Source: an uncultured delta proteobacterium (GTDB lineage Bacteria > Desulfobacterota > Desulfobacteria > Desulfobacterales > UBA2156). Taken from it: a stretch of 64,000 nt of DNA. The stretch lies in assembly GCA_963736855.1 (NCBI GenBank), contig CAVTQK010000017.1, positions 1 to 64,000 of the forward strand, written 5' to 3'. The position numbers and the translations under genes were made by a program. The notes beneath the pieces are model-generated. The model was not told the origin of the DNA, ran no database searches, and was given only the letters and a program-made list of their open reading frames with translations. Positions 60,986-64,000 of this stretch are shown piece by piece (position 1 is the stretch's first letter; each line of letters opens with the position of its first letter).

Positions 60986-61034
60986 AAAAGCCATCAAACA
61001 AGGTGCTGCACTGATCGACCCGGGGATTAACTTA

Positions 61035-62429
61035 TCAGCTTTTCTCCTGCGCCATAAGTTGTGATTCAATGACACGCATTCGTTTCCATTGTCCTTGGCG
61101 GTAACGCAGCATGAAAGCCATGCCGAGGGCACATACATAAACCGTGGCGATCGTCCATGCCGCATAAATCCCTGCTCCCACAACCTCTACCGCAACATAA
61201 ATCGGTATGATCATTACTCCGAGGCATAGCGCCGAAATCGTCCACATGATAAAGCGCGTGTCGCCGGCTCCTTTGATAGCGCTTGAGAAGATGAGGTTGA
61301 GCGCGTCGAAGAAGGAAAACGCGGCGACAAAACGCAGGAGAATGACCCCAAGGGCCATAATCTCGGCATAGTGGTTATGGGTGTGCTGATCGTTTCTGAA
61401 CAGGCGGAGGAGCGGTTCGGGCGTAAGGACGAACACCCCGGCCAGAAACATCATGTAAATGAGCGTGATGTGAATGGCGCTGGTAGTGGCGTAAGCGCCC
61501 TCTTCCGGCCGACCGCGGCCGATAGCCTGCCCCATCAGAGTCGCATTCCCGATGTGAAAGCCCACCATGGGAAGAAAGGATAGGGACTCAATGGAAAGAA
61601 CGATGTTGGAGGCCGCTAACTCCAGGTCCCCGAGCCGGCCCAGCATCTGAATAAAAAACGTGAATCCGAAAATCTCCAGGAAGAACTGGATACCGCTGGG
61701 CATGCCGTACCGCATCATCCGGCCGAAGAGTTCTCTGTCCAGGGCCCTGGCGCTCCATGTGGCGAATCGGGTCCGGTTCCCCTTGCGGAAAATGAGAATC
61801 ACAAGAACAACCGTGGTCGTGGCTGAAGCGATAACGGTAGCGAGGCCTGCCCCGAAAATGCCCAGTTCCGGAAACGGCCACACCCCGTTGATCAAACAGT
61901 AATCCAGTGGGATATTGACTGCCGCACCGATCACGTTGACGATCATAACGGTCCAGGTCAGACCCCGGCCTGTGTAAAAGCAGGCCATGACCGAATTCAG
62001 AACCACGATGCCCGCGCCCAGTGTGAGGATATTGAAGTAGGCCACCTCAAGAGACCGGATACGGGGCGAATGGCCGATCAGCTCAAATATCCTGTCGGAC
62101 ACAAAAACCATCAAGGCAAGGAGGACTGCGGCTGCCAGGGAGAAATAAATTCCCTGCCACAGGGAGGCGCCAACTCGGCTAAAAGCGCGGGCCCCTGTAT
62201 ACTGGGCGACGAAGACGTTCGTGTAATTGGCAACGCCCATGAAAAAGGAGATGAACGTGAAGGAGGCGATACCGGCCGGCAGTGCAGCGGCTATGGCATC
62301 CACAGAATAGTTTGCCAAAAACACCCTGTCCGTGAACTGCATGACCGTGAAGGATCCCATGGAAGCGACCAGCGGCAGGCTGATCGCCAGCACCTCACGG
62401 TACCCATTGAGTTTTGACCATCGCTCCAT
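61035..62429 (-). CDS. MATE family efflux transporter
   Basis: TDRVFL, AQYTGA, NIPLDY.LI.G, PELGI.GAGLAT and KGAGDTRF. Start set to the ATG at 62429. Confidence 0.92.
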   Translation of the reverse strand: MERWSKLNGYREVLAISLPLVASMGSFTVMQFTDRVFLANYSVDAIAAALPAGIASFTFISFFMGVANYTNVFVAQYTGARAFSRVGASLWQGIYFSLAAAVLLALMVFVSDRIFELIGHSPRIRSLEVAYFNILTLGAGIVVLNSVMACFYTGRGLTWTVMIVNVIGAAVNIPLDYCLINGVWPFPELGIFGAGLATVIASATTTVVLVILIFRKGNRTRFATWSARALDRELFGRMMRYGMPSGIQFFLEIFGFTFFIQMLGRLGDLELAASNIVLSIESLSFLPMVGFHIGNATLMGQAIGRGRPEEGAYATTSAIHITLIYMMFLAGVFVLTPEPLLRLFRNDQHTHNHYAEIMALGVILLRFVAAFSFFDALNLIFSSAIKGAGDTRFIMWTISALCLGVMIIPIYVAVEVVGAGIYAAWTIATVYVCALGMAFMLRYRQGQWKRMRVIESQLMAQEKS

Positions 62430-62712
62430 CACAGTTTGCCCCCTCAACGCTCCGCACGATGCCCGGCAACATACATTGTTTCCGCCAACAAAATACAGTT
62501 TTTTCTGTTGGGGAATCGATGTCATTGGCGGTTTTTTTAAGGATTCCTTCCTTCATTGTCAAACCATGGCATTGAATTTATTACGGCTACCGTGTCACTC
62601 CACTATGCGTTATACGATAACCTGTAGGATGTGAAGGTTTGGACGAACTGCTGCAGCTAGGGGAAAGATGAAGTCAATCACTGAAAACGAGAGGGGTCGG
62701 ACTTTGCCATCG

Positions 62713-63554
62713 CTATTCTACCATCAAAGACAGGGAAAGGGAGGAATTTGCTGAGGAACTGCCGGTGGAGAGAATGTCGCGGATAACCTCGTTGGTCTGT
62801 TCGCTCGCTCCTGCGATGGTCACCCACTGTCCCTTGGGCACGGTCATGGTTGTCGAGGCTTCTGTGAAGCGCACCACTCCCCGATCTCCTTCCTCAAGGG
62901 AAGATATCCTTGGGATGATCTCGATATGAGCGTTGTTTCCCGAAACCACGGGCCGAACCTCAAATCCTGTCTCAACACGCTGGAAATTCACCCTTTCCAT
63001 TACACGGGCATATCGACGGGTCAGGTAAACCCATTGCTCTGTAAAAGGGATATCCTTTCCAATCCAGAGATAGGCAGAGCTTCCGGACATGACCGAGATA
63101 AAGGACTCTGTCGTCCCCTGCCTGTTGACCCTCGTGTCCCTTGCCCGGACATGGACTCCTTCTCTTGCTGCTCCTGCCGGTACCTACCGACCACCGGTCC
63201 CCTGAGATCCTCCCTGATGCGGATAGGTCTCTATCTTGAGAAACGCCTGTTTCCTGAAACCGGATCCTTACCCTTACCTGCTCTGCAGGTTTGTCCATGT
63301 CGGTCACAAGAGCCTTGATTTTGGCTATCGGATTCGCTTGTGTCGTTGACGATGATGATATTGGTTCGTGAATCGGGGACAGCCTTTCCGCCAGGAGAAA
63401 GCAGGGTTTCCACCAAAGGGAGAATGTCAGATACATTCCTGTGGTTGACTTCTATGATAGCCACCTCAGCTTGAGAGGAATTCGTAAAAAGCACCAGCGA
63501 GATGGATATCATGCCGAGAGCGATGATCAGCGTGCTTCTTCTCGTAGATACCAT
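62713..63554 (-). pseudogene. Secretin-like (NolW/type II-III secretion) short protein, multiply frameshifted
   Basis: Signal peptide, then LLSPGGKAVPDSRTNIIIVND, DKPAEQVRVRIRF, GFEVRPVVSG and ASTTMTVPKGQWVTIAG across three frames. Confidence 0.7.
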
Positions 63555-63929
63555 ATGCTAAATATACCTTTAAATGACTGAGATGGCAAGAGCTGCACAC
63601 TGGTTCCTGCTTCACGCAACAGGGTAATTCTCTCAGAGACGGATAGCTGTCGGCTAAACCGTTAAGCTCTCTGTCCGTGGCTTTCAATGGAAGTTGATTG
63701 TCCCAAAAAGCCGGTGAGTTCCATTTTTTTCTTGACATTTTGGAGGATTGAAATTTGAGCGCATTTCAGGATATCTTAATGATTATGATGTGATAAGGAC
63801 ACCCGGAAGAGGGGTAAGCCGCAGGTCTAGGAAAATTTTTGACGAATCTTGCGATAGAAAAAACCGCCGGAAATATGAGTCGTAAGGTCCGACATCCCAA
63901 CATAAAAGAATCAGAAAGGAGCAGCGACG

Positions 63930-64000
63930 ATGAAAAAAAGAAATATCGTAATCAACTGTCTATTGATCCTTGCGTTGATCGTTACCTTTGCCGCCTGCGG
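63930..64000 (+). CDS. Start of a putative lipoprotein, truncated by the window edge
   Basis: AGGAG RBS, then MKKRNIVINCLLILALIVTFAAC with a lipobox-like FAAC. Confidence 0.6.
   Translation, partial: MKKRNIVINCLLILALIVTFAAC

Noticed and set aside
63600..63720. Possible cyclic di-GMP-I riboswitch upstream of the secretin-like gene (minus strand AAAGCCACGG...GACAGC)
   Set aside because: Some hairpin potential, but the GGCAAAC/GAAA-tetraloop P2 elements are not evident. An Rfam scan would be needed.

Overview
This is a 64-kb chromosomal segment from an anaerobic bacterium, probably Desulfobacterota (inferred from gene content, not verified). Scattered single-base frameshifts suggest an imperfectly polished consensus. 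From left to right it holds: a peptide/nickel-type ABC transporter cluster with a nitroreductase and two methyltransferase-like genes; ssb, tatA, an acyl-CoA synthetase, a short MetE-like methionine synthase, a MoxR/VWA pair and tatD; an 11-subunit complex I-like operon (nuoABCDHIJKLMN, no nuoEFG); nfnAB; a TPP riboswitch with a thiZXY-like transporter and thiD; prfB with its programmed frameshift, lnt and an amidase; tig-clpP-clpX-lon; four tRNAs; and a ~13-kb mobile/defence region downstream of tRNA-Asp. That region contains att repeats, two toxin-antitoxin pairs, a GIY-YIG nuclease, an IS91-type transposase with a tyrosine recombinase, integron-type attC sites and a type I restriction-modification locus. 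Top finding: nuoB has an in-frame TGA exactly at the second Cys of the conserved GLACC motif that ligates cluster N2, followed at once by a SECIS-like hairpin, so it is a candidate selenocysteine-containing complex I subunit. Also notable are a GIY-YIG gene whose 3' end is a tRNA-Asp look-alike with a palindrome replacing the anticodon arm, and an IS91/recombinase unit that appears to be packaged as an attC cassette.
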